DNA from: Curvularia clavata
Lineage: Eukaryota
Length of the DNA stretch: 64,000 nt
Direction of reading: 5' to 3'
NCBI GenBank assembly: GCA_023920165.1
Contig: CP089275.1
Location: 124,001 to 188,000 of the forward strand
In this document: one piece after another, positions 12,663 through 25,947 of the stretch
Numbering within the stretch: position 1 is the stretch's first letter
Layout: every line of letters starts with the position of its first letter
Notes under the pieces: model-generated
The model's input: only the letters and a program-made list of their open reading frames with translations
Database searches by the model: none
What the model was told of the DNA's origin: nothing
Program-made: the position numbers and the translations under genes

Positions 12663-13400
12663 ATGACACATCCCGGTAGGCTGTCACTGCATTTCAGCAG
12701 TGCCATGCAAGATCTCACACACGAGTAGGGTTTTGTCATCGTGCGTACCGCTTATGCCGAGCACAACGACGAAGCACAGTAGGCTATTGCCTCGGAGAAA
12801 CTACAGACACACGCCTCTTCATGCGATGGTAGTGCCGAAATATGTTCTAATACCTTTGCACTGCCAGTTATAGCCAATAAATATATTTTGCATAGCGCTG
12901 ACTACTCTTCTATGCTTTTTGCCTTCAACACATGGGTCGACGCTTTTTTGTGCTACAAAAGAGAAACACTATCAATTGGAGACAAGGAAGGCGCAGAATG
13001 GACGTCCAATGTCGGCGGCGACGCCTGCATTATTACCAATGGACCTGCGCTGGCGTCACTGCTCCAGGCGCTAGATTTGGCACGTGACAAGATCCAGAAC
13101 CCTGATCTGGAGTTATGGGTAACCGTGGTTGATGCGAAAGACCTAGAAACTGTATTTTGTGATGGAGATGGGCAGTATTTGGGCTTTATAAGGGTGTATG
13201 GACGGGCCCTAGGTTGGTTATCAGAAAGCTTTGACTCGCGCTCTCTGGCGTGGCTAAACCCTGTTGTTTGTTAGACGATTAGACTGCGCTTTATACTGGC
13301 TCTCTGATGGACAAACTGGTCGATCCTCTTGGCGAGGTAGACGAATGGTACAAATTCTCTCGAGGTACTTCAAAGGGTCTAGGTCTCACACGAACCATCC
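12663..13400 (+). pseudogene. Pseudogene of an uncharacterised fungal protein (WGFxIxRTxY-type N-terminus)
   Basis: Frame from ATG 12663 reads ..E*GFVIVRTAYAEHNDEAQ*A.., with TAG at 12726 and 12780 at apparent Trp positions; continues into the 12888-13274 ORF, then a stop and frame break. Confidence 0.5.
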
Positions 13401-13692
13401 TGGAAGAAGCTGAGTGAGTTTTAGACAAAGCAGGAGCCACTGGAAGATAGTTCAAACAACCTGGGATGTGATGCAGAAGAGAAAGAGTTGACTGGGGCCA
13501 CGTGATAGGTGGTTGATATCATATCCTCGCCATCTTTTGAACACTACTTGTATGTTCCATCTCGACCAGATGGCCACCAAGTCGCACCTTATTCAATAAG
13601 ACTTTTCAAGATACTCAACAAAAACCTAATTGATTACCTCTTTATCAGACCTATGTGATGGTCCCTCTCTCCACGTTCTCTCTCATCTTGGA

Positions 13693-15360
13693 TCATACGT
13701 CCCTATTTACGCTTTCTGCTTTACTTATCGTCCGTTTACTGGTCTCTATCAGATCGAAGTCAAAGTAAAACCATTGTTTTCTCTGCTGCTCTTGCCTCAA
13801 TGGAGAAACATCCCCTTCAACTCTTCGTTTCTCCAACCTGGGTAAGCAAAGCCACAGCATTAATAACACAGTGAGTACCGCTAAGATGATTGGTTGTAGA
13901 ACGCTCACACCTTTAGCCTGGGCTAAGGAGCCAATGGCGAAAGGGAGTGCTGCGCCGCCTATTCCGCCAAATGCGGCTGCGAAACCGATTGCTGAAACGT
14001 GCAGGTACGCAGGAAGTACTTTGGTTGTTGCAACGATCATAGCTGGAAATAGAGGACCTAGGAATAAACCTTGCAGTGCAACAGAAACGGCGGATACGTG
14101 GAAAGATGGCGCTAACCAGAACACGAGCTGGCATATCATAGCAGCAGCCAGGTATATCTGTTCAGGATAAGTCTCATTGTCCTGCCTCGCCTGGAAAAGA
14201 CATACCATCACTGCGAGTTTCTCGCCAATCTTAGGGGTGACAAAGCCAAGTGCGAGGCGGCCAACAGCGATTCCGGTCCAAAAGCCAGTGGCTACTATAC
14301 CAGACTCAAACTCTCCGCCGGATCGCTCCCTTCGCATGAACGTCACAATCCAGCCACCAATGGCGATACCAGCACCAACATTGCAAAGCAGAAAGAAAGA
14401 TGCAATCCATGTGACGCGGCTTTTAAGTGCTTGTCGGAGACGGCCCTTACCGCTTGCATTCGCCTTAGGGTTTCTTTCGGAATACATACGGCTGGACAAC
14501 GGCCAGAATGCCGAAGCAGATGTTACGAGTTCGATGATCGCGCCACCCAACTAATAGCGGTCGGTTAGAGAAAGTTCACGAAGTGGTTGTATGCAGCCTA
14601 CCATGATATAGTAGAACTGGTGCCACTCCCACCCATTCTTCGTCATGAGACTCGTCGCGGCAAGTGGGCTGAATACAGCTCCAAGGCCAAAAAAGCCATG
14701 CAAGAAGCCAAGGATCTCGTTCGCGTTGGCCAAGCTCCCTGCCCAAGCGTTCCATCCGGCATCAATGACGCCATTTCCAAAGCCTGCAATGATGAATAGC
14801 GCTACCAATACTGGGTATGGTGGATGAGCTGCAATACCCGCGTAGGCTGCGATATGACATATGGGGCCAATTACTGCGATTCCCCGTTGGCCAAAATGAA
14901 TGTGAAGCCAATTGTTAAGAAGGGCCGCTCCAACATAACCACCTAGCGGGGAAAGGAAAATCAGGGACACGACAACATATGTAAGTCCATAATAATCTTC
15001 GAGGTACGGAATTATGGCCTCTGTAATATCAGTATATTTCTAAGCTTGACTCGGCAACCCACTTACGCCGTAAGCTGCGTCGTTCGCGCCCATGACGACG
15101 AAGGCAAATAGGACAGCTGACATGCGATACATGTTGGCCTTGGGGTTATTCCATCGTTCAACTGCAAACACAGTTGTAGATGGTTGGGGCGGAAATTCTG
15201 CGGGATCGACACATATAGAGTTCCTTTCGTTTGACTGACGGCCGTGATCAGGTACCACCGTCGGATCTATACGATGCAGTCCGATATCCGAATGGGAAAC
15301 ATTGCCTTTGGTCGATTCGCCGGTTTCCACAACCTGCGTGATAGTATTGGCATGCGACAT
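13693..15360 (-). CDS. MFS transporter, BSC6-like
   Basis: Motifs MGANDAAYGAIIPYLE, GFGNGVIDAGWNAW, LHGFFGLGA, GGWIVTFM, GFWTGIAVGR, LGPLFP; exons 15360-15067, 15018-14602, 14550-14206, 14157-13693. First acceptor is atypical (see findings). Confidence 0.85.
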
Positions 15361-15936
15361 GCTCCCTAGCTAATCGGACATAGAGCAGTGGTGGGTTTTA
15401 GTGTCTAGTGAGAGGTCCTAAAAAGAATAGCGAAAAGCTGATTCTGCCGCCAGAGCGACCGTATCTTGACTACTTAAATACTTTGGGTTGCAGATAAGAC
15501 AAAGAGATGTTCATTCATGGCGTACTGCATTTAAAGAGATTTGGCTGGACATGAATTGGACCTACGACTGCGGCATTGCATGGGTAAACTTCGGAACCCC
15601 AGAAACGAGGTGCGGCAAGCAACTGAATGGAGGGGGTAGTGCCAAGGAGATGGTGACTAAAAGGGAAGACCTTGCGAAGGTGCGCTGTGTGCGATCGGTA
15701 TCTTCTCATTGCAACTACCTAGCCCCAGAACGGCATCCGGGCCGCATCACCTCTCGCAGTTCCCATGGTTTCGAACATCGGCGCTAACAACGCTCATCAG
15801 TGTCTAGAGAGAGATCATTCGCATCGTCGTTTTGCTCCCGTCTAGCTCTCACAGATGGACCACTACTCCAGCCCTTTCGGCAAGCGAAGACATTCCATCG
15901 TGGCACCTTATTAATCGTGATGTAGAGCAGCTAAGG

Positions 15937-18900
15937 CTACGGCTTTTGTAGTTGCGCGCCTCGGAACCATCGCATCCAACCCAAGGCTACGCTTATTTGC
16001 AACACAACAACACTCCAAAAGATCCAGTTCGTAGTTGCGTCTCGAGAGATGTCGGGAAAGACTTGGCGTAATATCTTCAAGCCTTCGACTGCACCAGAAG
16101 TCCCACCTTCTTGTCCGAGAATAGTAGCACGCGCAGTCATCATTCCTACAGAGCCCACAACCTGAGCAAGCATGGAGATAAACAATACATGCTGTCTTGG
16201 AAGTGTCTGCATCAGTGCTAGGCCATTCCCAATACCTATCAACAGGTCGAATGCTCCAAGGTATAGCCATAAAGAGCGACTAAGCATTGCGGAGACGAAA
16301 GGCGAATAGGCTGTTTGCAACTGAAAGTCCAGAAAATAAGGTATCCTTACCCAAGGCATAGATATACCAGTGCGAGATACAACCCAGAAAATCTGGGCCC
16401 AACGTGGGTGGACAAGGCAGGATGAAGTGAATGAAACAACAGGTAGAATCCAGTGCCCATGCAGGGCAGAGTAGGCAGCCGCTGCGCGCGTAACACGTAT
16501 GAAGCCTAGCACTGCAGCAAGAATAAGCAAGCTAATGGAAAAACCTGATATGTGGCGAGAGGAGAAGAGAAATAGCCATGATTGGGCCATGAGAGGTGCA
16601 GAAAGTGACCACGACTGCACCAGGGTTGAAACCAGGTAATGGATCGGAACCGGGCGGCGAAGAAGCGACGTGTAAAACTTTGGTACATATCCTGGTACAC
16701 GGCGGTAGAGGGCAGGCAAACCAGCCATGAGCAAGCCATAAATGGATATGAGGCAGAGCCCAAGAAGGAAAGCGAGAATGCCGAGCCACCACGATGTATA
16801 CTGTGTAAATGCCTGGCCGCTCGAAGCAATCGATCTCAATATCCTACTTGCTGAATACCAAAGCAGAGCTTGGTATCCATACTGGATCCCTGATATATAG
16901 GCTGCGCGGTGTACCCAACTCTCAATGGGTGGAGCTTCGTCCTCGGCAAAATTCATGGCGAAGTAGATTGAGCCGCTTGAGCAGCCACACACATACAAAA
17001 TTTGCACCAGCTGCCAGACTCGTCCTGGAATCGAGTGATGATGGAAAATCAAAACAGCAGCAAGTAACAAGAACGATGATCCAAAAAATATGAATGGAAG
17101 GCAGAGAACTCGGAACGTCTGCAGCCGTTGGTATAAGACCCACCAGACCACTGAGGTGATGAGGTAGATGGTTCCAAATGTGTAAATGGTGCCTTCGTCT
17201 TGTGATATAGAGCCTACAAGGATACCGAGCTGGAGGGAGTTCATCGACAGGATTTGTCCAAGTGTGAGAAAGTATGTATACAACGGATAGCCGTTGAATT
17301 TCATGGCAAGGAATCTAGAATTATGAATGAGCGGTGTCTTTCAATCAAGAGTAAGCTCTCCCTTACCTTTGCATTTTCGATACTGTGTCGGTGTTGCCGA
17401 AAGGTGCTTGTAAGTCAAAGTGGCCCCTCTCTAGATCGTTGCTGTGTCTTGCTTTGATCATACCATAACGAAACGGCTTTTCTTGCTTTTGCTGCCACCA
17501 ATTGTCGCATGTCCACTTGAAAATCGAAATAGGCGTATCAGGCAGGCCAAGCTCCGCATTTCTGAGCTCCTCAAACCATAGTCTCTGGCTCCTAATGAGG
17601 AAATCCTCGATGCATAGCTCTTCCTCGGAATTCTCTGGGGTCAAGTGGTCCATCATACCCATGAACTCAGCAGCGAACTGTCCATTGGCGTCTGTAAAAG
17701 TGGCTGCGGCATTATTGAGGAAATGACTCCGGTTGCTTAGAAATTCGTCCATAGAGGCTGGCTGGCCTGTCTTCAACATCTCTCCTTGCACAAATTTCTC
17801 GCTGATATAAGTTACATCATCATCGTCGAGATAAGGCACGAGACGAGACCCTTGGCTGGGAAGCAGCGCTTTTTTTATGTTACGAAATGTCAGCTTTGAT
17901 AGCCGGCCGTTTCGTTGCGAGGCACGGTGGAGTCGGTGATTTGAGGATGCCTTTTCGTAGAGGGCCTCCAACCTGGCTTTCCATTGCGATATAGGAAAGC
18001 TTTGGCGAAGCGCAGCCGCTCTCATCTGATCTCTTTCTTCATTAGTGCTCTGCAAAGCGAGTAGCAGAGCTGCTTTGAACTGTGCTAGGAGATGTCGAGT
18101 GGAAGTGCATTCAACCGTATACCACCATCCAGGAACCTTACCTAGACCTCCTACTTCGGCTCCTACTGCCAAGGTACCTTTTCTTCCAAATTGTGCAGCG
18201 ACAAGACCGTACGGCTCGTCTCTTGATGGGATCAAAACAAAGTCTGCACCTCGAAATATAAAGGGCGGTAGTTGTGTGAACTCGGGTATGCAGCAGACTC
18301 GACGTGGGAACTGCTCAGCGATTCTTTGGAGTTTTATGGCCGCAAATTTTCCATACAGGTCAACAACAGGTCCGACGCATAGGAGTTGCACCTTCCTGTT
18401 CTGGCTCAGAATGTTTGGAAAGACATCAGCGATCAGATCGAGGCCCTTCTGCTTGCTCATTCGCCCAACGAAAATGAACAGCTCCGCGGACGGGTCTCGC
18501 TCCAGATTTGCCCACTCCTGAGTTTGCATCTTGAATTCCACCTTCGGCTCGTATTGTTGTGATGACTCCTGCACGTGGTCAAGTTGTGATGGGTCTGGAT
18601 TTGGTAAGCTACCGACGCATCCCAAACTCCATAGAATGGGGTAGCGCGCCATGCACCGTTCGCTGTATACATCTGAAACACCGACAACACCTACGCCGTT
18701 CTGGTGAATCCGAATGTAGCTCGCAGCGGCATGAAGCAAGTTGAAAACAGTGCCAAATTGCACATATCGCTTCATGGTTTTGGTGTCGATATTGAATACG
18801 GCGCAAACTTGCGCCTCTTCTTCAGGTGTTCTAATCGGCCACAGCCCTTGATATTCGGCATTGTGGAGCGATAGTACGCATGATACAGTGCTAGACAGCA

Positions 18901-21900
18901 GGTGGAGCGGAGCGAGTGCGCCGTGGTAATCGTTGATGTGATAGACATCTGGAGAAAACCGTCGAATAGCTTCAGCGATGCACGAATTCCAGACCGAGTA
19001 GAAGACCGCGCTTTGCATATCGTCCATGCGTGTGGGGTAAGGCTGTGCTTTTGTTTGGCTTCGAAAGACCGGCGAGTCCAACATGACATATGTCACGTTG
19101 TTAAGCGTATGGTAGCATACTTGAATTTCGACCTGACGACCACTTGCATATACCAGAAAAGGCTTTTGGAGGGTTTCAAGTGGGTATGTTACGCCGCCCA
19201 AACATGGAATCACCCATACGACGTCGTATTCTGTCAGGTGTTTGCCCATGAGCGTGGACACGGTTCCCAGTCCACCCAGTCTTATGTCGATATTACAATC
19301 CGGAATATCGTATTCCAAAGTTGCAATTAGTATCCTTCGCTTCTGTCTAGAAGAGCTGTTGATTGAGCTGCTTGATGTACTTGTGGGGTCGTTCGATGAG
19401 CCGAGATTGTTCGTAACAATGCGACAATAACGTCTCTTGTACATCCGAAGTCCAACCGCCCCAGTTACTGCGGGTACAAGAGCAAAGATCAGAAACAGAA
19501 ATATTTGATGCCATCTGTTTCCTTTTGGTCTAAGTTTGTACCGGTAAGAGTCTCTCTGAAGTGCAAATTCATAAGCCAGATATGGATACTCGGGAGGGTG
19601 TTCGAATGAAATCGCGACTTTGGAAAGCATTGACGGGATCCACCTATCAAGGACATTGTTCTGGTCCACGTCGCCGTATACGAAAGAAAGGTCTCGTTCT
19701 CCATTGTCGTTCATTCCCCATACATTGAGCGAAAAGCTATCAGGCCATTCACCCATAAAATGGAACTTCCATTCTCCATCAAATTCGACCTTGCTTGCCA
19801 CACTTCGGTCGTGCCCATGCAAATTGAAGTCTCCATGGGCAAACATATGTGGAAAGAGGCGCGAATGTATTTCCAGGTTCTCAATATCAGCATGTTGCAT
19901 GACACTGCTGCTTCCCGTGATTTTGCTCCAATATTGCACCATGATGTGTTCGCCCGTCCATGATTTGCCGGCCATGCCATCTCGACGCGTTTTCTTCTGA
20001 GGCTCCAAGAGATGGTGACCACTTGAATAGGACTTCCAATCGCTCCATGATGTACCCCAGTTGAGCGAGTACCTCCACTTGTCCGCTCCCGCGGCATGCA
20101 AATTGACCTCAAGTGCGCCATTCTCACCACGACGCAATACGTCGTTCGGAAACAAGGCGGATTGAGGAAACACAATTGGGTTGTTCTGGGCGCCAACGCG
20201 GAAGAGAAATCGGTCGTTACTATCCGTGAATCGCAAGCCGTCTTCAGTTGTGGCGTTTTGAATAGTAATCGTATGAACTCCTGGGTAGATGTTCTCCACC
20301 ACCGCCTTCCACGTGAAAACGGACCTTGGTTGACCGACATGCTCCAAGACGTCATCTCCAGGCTCAACTTCGCAGCGAACACTGTTGGACCGGAGGTTTG
20401 GCACGGCCTCATGATCTGTTTGCGACGAAAACACGATCAAGCTCGCGATAGCTGTACAGTTCATCTTCTCGGAGAATGAAAAGCTGATTTCAAGTGTATC
20501 CGTGTTGCCAGGAGCAGCCTTGGTCTCTATTCTTGCATCGTGCCCGGGTGAAAATCGAGTAATCACTGGTGATGGTAGTGTCCAGGAACTTTTTGTTACA
20601 AGTGTCTTGAATTCGAATGGCTTTAATTCCAATTTTCGAATGCAGCCTTTAGTCCTTTTCGAGGCTACAAGAACCTCATCTTGGCGAATTTTGTCCACTG
20701 TATATTCTTCATATGGGGAGAGAAGGTTCTTGACCTTGGTACCAGGAGGGAAAGGCGAGGCTATACATACTGTGGAGTATTCGATATGTTTGTCTTCGTT
20801 ATGGTAGACAAGCCATACAGGCTCATTCTTGGTCTCGGTGGTGCTGAGGTTTTGGAACGGTGCAAACTCGTCCCGAACCGTACTCCATATACCGAACTCC
20901 GTCGGTAAGCCCGTACTACCTGTCAACACCACGTGTCGAGTATGATTTGAGAGCTGCTCGAGGAACCAACCATCTTTCAGCGTTAGATACTGCTCTCTTC
21001 TCTTGAACATCATTTTCACAATATTTCGAATAGGATGCGACGGATCCCGATGATCGAGACTTACACTATCGTCGTGACAACCATGTCTTGCCGAGGTGAA
21101 AGGCATATTGTAATAGATAGTGCTGTTCATCTGATAGCATCCATGCATTTGCCATGCTATGGAAGACGTCATGGGTTGACGACCGAAAAGATAGTTTTCA
21201 GCAGTACTATCCACGACGTAGAGAGCTTGCTCATCTCCCCATGACAATATTGGAATACCCGGGAAATGGAAAATCGTGATGAAGAGACCAAGCAGCAGTT
21301 TTTGCTGGCCATTTTCAATGCTGGGCCATCGAAAGACGTCCTGATTTGAAACACCCCACATATGCCGAGGATCGAATAAACCGGTGTTAGCGTTGACCAG
21401 ATCATCCGTCAGTAGATATCCTCGCTGACCTTGCCACATGTCGACAAAGTTGAATTCACGGCTTCCGGATGGTAGAGTGAGTTCACCGTCCATTCCGAAG
21501 AAGATGACCAGAGCGCGGTATAGTCCGTAATGGAACACAGCACTGTCCAACGCAGAATCTTCTCTTTCGCGGAGGAAACTCGACCGCTTGTTCGGGTCTG
21601 CTGCAACAGAAAGCGCAGTCTCGGCATTGATGGGAACCATATCTGGTTGCCGTCCCCTTCCAAAATAAACGGAAGACAGTCCCATCTCGCTTACGACCTC
21701 TCCAGAGACGAGGAAATTTTCCTTGCCGTACTTTTGAGCACATTTTCGAATAGACCTGGAGAAATGGGCCTGCGCGTCCACTGTTACCTGAGCAGCTTTG
21801 TCGATTCTGTAACCATCTATGTCCAGCATGCTGATGGCCAAGCAAGAGAAATGTTCAATCTTTTGCAACACTGTGGGGTTCCATTCTCGTAGCCGGTCTT

Positions 21901-22787
21901 GGGCGGATGAAAACTTCGTCAGTTGGCGCTCATATATCTCCACCTCGGGGTCAAATGCGTCCGAGTTTCCGTACTGGTCGAATTCACTGTTGAAGCATCC
22001 TTTCCCTGCATGTACATCGCTGGTGGGAATCGGAAACCCATCCTCGTCCCAGAAACGAGGCAGCGGCCATGGGCAATCCGCAAAATAATCATCAGAAACT
22101 TCAAAATCATGATAATGGCGATCGCTCTTGTATCGAGTTGGCCATTCTGAGGCACGAAATGGCGTACTCGTATTTGTGGTCGCCGGGAACTCGAGTAGGT
22201 CTCCCAAACTACATGATGAAAATTTTAGTAAAGTCCAACAGCACATGAACGGTTTCTTACGTGTTGAATGTGTTGTCAAGAATGACGTACATCCCTCTCT
22301 TATGTATCTCATCAATAGCGTGCCTCCAATCTGAAAGCGTTCCAAAATGAAAATCGAGAAGAGTGAGATCGATGGGTGAGTACGAGTCGGCCATCCAGGG
22401 AAGGTTAATGAATATGGACCCTACGAGATATATTCCTCGTACGCCCATTCCGTGGATATAGTCAAGGCTGTCAACAAGCCCCAAAACGTCACCGCCAAAT
22501 CGCATATTCGAACTTGTGGTATCGGTTTCGTAGACAGTACCATTGGCATCGTCATTCAAGGCGTCACCGTTCGCGAACCGGTCGAGAGATAGTGAGTAGA
22601 AGGGAAAACGCCAATTCTCCGGTGATGGGTAATATTCGTGATCTGGCCATGTTCCCCAGTAGTCCAATGGGTTTGACGCACTTTTGTTCTGGTTGAGGTT
22701 GAAATCCGAATACCTTGCATCAAACTTGAGTGCTGATAGGGTTGGTAGCAGTAAGCCAAACCAGGCAAGTCTTCTCGTCGCTGCCAT
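15937..22787 (-). CDS. ags: Alpha-1,3-glucan synthase family protein (GH13 domain + GT5-like synthase + multipass TM domain)
   Basis: Signal peptide; SPENWRFPFY, DRFANGD, GGDVLGLVDSLDYIHGMG; GH13 catalytic motifs DGYRIDKA, GEVV, NQDVFRWP; TM helix; synthase motifs HINDYHG, SLHNAEYQGLWP, VGRMSKQKG, SRDEPYGL. Introns 22209-22260 and ~17315-17366 join three ORFs. Confidence 0.93.
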
Positions 22788-23754
22788 ATGGGTCATGTGG
22801 AGTAGAAAAACATGCAGAATAAAGTTGACTTGATTGCAGATGATTGAAGCGATTGTAATTGTGAGAATGATAGCTGTGCGGTAAGATACCAATATAAGTA
22901 GCAGGGCGAAGAGGGTACCGATGAGGCCCTGGTGAAACAGATGTCCACGGGGATTCGGAGAACATGCATCTTCTTGGTGATTAGTCGGTGGTGGGTATAA
23001 GCTTTGATGCATGCAAGGCGTGACAGATAACAGATCTCTCAGGGTGGTGAGACCTGCATGGGTATTGAATTTTTCTCAGTATGGTGATTACTGGCGAGAT
23101 TTATAGTAACTAATACTGCTACGTAGCTCTTATCGCTTTATTTGCTGAAGTTGGTAGATTTAATTACACTCTTTGAGTGCAATATAAAACCAGCGCCTGC
23201 TATACAGTAGCCAAATTGCTAAAAGATCAAGCTAGCCATCATGTCTAGGACCATAGCTATAGTATTGTGCATTGATACTCTCAACGATGAATGTAAGCTC
23301 TAGTGTGGTCTTGCACAAAGTTATCACTTGGAGCATGAGGTAATAATCACGCGCTAATACTTGTTTCTGGAAAATTTCACTGCCAAGTAGGACTAATTCC
23401 TACTGACCACAGCTACGATATAGTAGCCGTTTCATCAATAGACTACAAACGTCTCAGTACTTGCCTTTATCCTGTAACCTTGAAGGGTTCGAAAAATCAA
23501 GAAAGTGACTGCGTTCTCTCAACTCAAGATAAATCCATAAGATCAATGAGAGTAATTAGAATAATATGTGGATATATGGAAGATTTCCTATGGCTAAGAT
23601 GCAGCTCCAGATAGTTCTTCATCGTTTTTTTCCTTTTCACCAACTCACCTTGCTAGTACATGCAGCTTTCTAGCATGTTAGACATTTCCCGAATACCCGT
23701 ACATCTTGCCCTGTAGGTATGCAATAGTAGGTAATCCATCTCTTAAAAGCGCGA

Positions 23755-23865
23755 AGGATGCGGAGATTGCGAAATCGACGGAGCAACTACAGAATCAGAA
23801 TCTGGGAGCCACTCACAAGTGAATCCACGTACGTAAGGCGTCCACTAGGATGCGGTAGGATGCGG
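23755..23865. promoter_or_regulatory. Three copies of AGGATGCGG in the divergent ags / FAD-oxidase promoter
   Basis: AGGATGCGG at 23755-23763 and tandem TAGGATGCGG x2 at 23846-23865. Confidence 0.35.
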
Positions 23866-24256
23866 CTCCCGGGAGAACGCCCCACTCCCGAACCAATTAT
23901 CTTAACAGAACCTAGCAACCCCGAACATAGGCGTTGATTGCTTACTCCGACGACCTGATAAACTCAATTAAAGGGTGCATGGGCGCGACTCACGCACACC
24001 CTTTTGCCTAACGGGCGACGGTTGTGTAACATGAACCACGGCTTTCATACGGCTCATGCAGTTAACCTGGTTAGTGCATCCGCTTACCGTGTAAATAAGC
24101 CCCGATGCAGGGCTACCGGGACATGTTCCCCTTTGAGAAGGTCATTGATTGCCTTTTCAGGAAATCTACGGTGTTTGAAAAGCTCATGCGTGCATTTCCT
24201 CCACATTCCACCCTCTCATTCAAATTTTGCGTCCTCTAGATTATCTCTCGGGCATC

Positions 24257-25947
24257 ATGTTTTCACGTGTTCTAGCACCGCTAGCTGCAGCGGCTATACT
24301 AAGCCGCTCAGTGGTTTCAGGAGGTCCTACGGCTTTGGATGTCTTTCCCAGGACACCTGCCGCAGGTATCGATGTACAGGCTATAGCCTCCCAGCTCTCT
24401 CCCAATGCCAAAATCTACCTCCCTGGAACTAACGAGTTCACTGCCTACACAACTCGATGGTCTAACCTGGAAGCTCCGACACCCAGCGTCGTGATCGCTC
24501 CTGGTACGGAAAAGGATGTTCAGCACATTGTGAGTTTGCTTCCCACAAGTGCCGGGTTCGGTTATTGGTCTCACATTCTTCGCTCTAGGTCAAATTCGCC
24601 AACAAGCATGACATCCCCTTCCTCGCGTACAATGGGCACCACGGCACACTTACTACGCTGGGAAAGATGGATTACGGCATTGAGATTTATATGCCTCAGC
24701 TGAACTCCGTTGCCATTGACGATAAGGGGAAATCTGCGACAATTGGCGGGGGCATCAACTCCAAAAAGCTGGTCGATGCGCTCTGGGCAGCCGGAAAGCA
24801 AACAGGTGTGCTTCTTTCCCTCGCAATCCTTTAGGATTCCCGAAATCTAACGTAAGCCAGTTACTGGATGCTGCGAGTGTGTCAGCTATTTGGGTCCAGC
24901 CCTAGGCGGAGGCCATGGCTGGCTTCAAGGACACCACGGTCTCATTACCGACCAGTTCCAGTCCATGAATGTTGTATTAGCAAACGGTGATCTCAAGACA
25001 ATTGACAGCAATTCGGACTTATGGTGGGGCATGCAGGGTGCAGGCCATAACTTTGGCATCGTCACCTCAGTCAATGCTAAGATCTACGACATCGAGCACG
25101 CTGATTGGGCGATTGAGACCATCGTGTTTAGCGGAGATAAAGTCGAAGAGGTCTACGCCGCTGCTAACAAGTACATACTCCAGGGCGGTAACCAGTCCAC
25201 TGAGATCCAGAACTGGTCGTACTGGCAGAATGATGCAACACTGGATGCTGAAAGGGTGAGAAAACTTCCCGTGAACGACGCATATAAGCAATCTCTGACT
25301 TTGATTAGCCTGTTGTCATCATGTTCATCATCCAAGAGGGCGTCACTGCCGTTGATCCCAAGTATACTTCTCCCTTCCATGACATCGGTCCTCTAGCCAT
25401 TACTCCGCGGTCAGGGACTTACCTGGATATCGCAAACTGGACGGGTATCGCCCTTGACTCTCCCCCTTGTCAGGACTTTGGCTTCAACAACCCGAGGTTT
25501 CCAATTTATACGTCGACTTACAACGTTAGTGCTCAACGCAAGGCATACGATCTTTTTGCCTCGGCCATCTCAGGTGCGGATAATCCATACTATAATTCGA
25601 TCTTCATGTTCGAAGACTACGCCAGCAGCGGCGTTCGTAGTCGTGACAATAGCGCTAGTGCCTTTGGCTTTCGCAACGAGTACATTCTTTCCGCACCCCT
25701 TATCATCTACAACTCGACTGGTCAGGCCGAAGATGACGCTGTCAAGGAACTAGGTACGCAACTACGAGACATTATCCACGAGGGCACCGGCAGCGAAGAA
25801 CTGCATACCTATGTCAACTATGCGTACGGGAATGAAGGGCCGGAGAGTTGGTATGGGTATGAGAGCTGGAGACAAGAGAGGCTCAAGGCGCTCAAGGCAA
25901 AATATGATCCCAAAGGTAAATTTAGCTTTTACGCGCCCATAGCATAA
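24257..25947 (+). CDS. Secreted FAD-linked oxidoreductase (BBE-like / VAO family)
   Basis: Signal peptide; FLAYNGHHG, TGCCECVSYLGPALGGGHGWLQG.HGL..D, DLWWGMQGAGHNFGIVTS, YVNYAYG, LKALKAKYDP; three GT-AG introns (~24530-24588, ~24806-24860, ~25256-25308). Confidence 0.92.
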
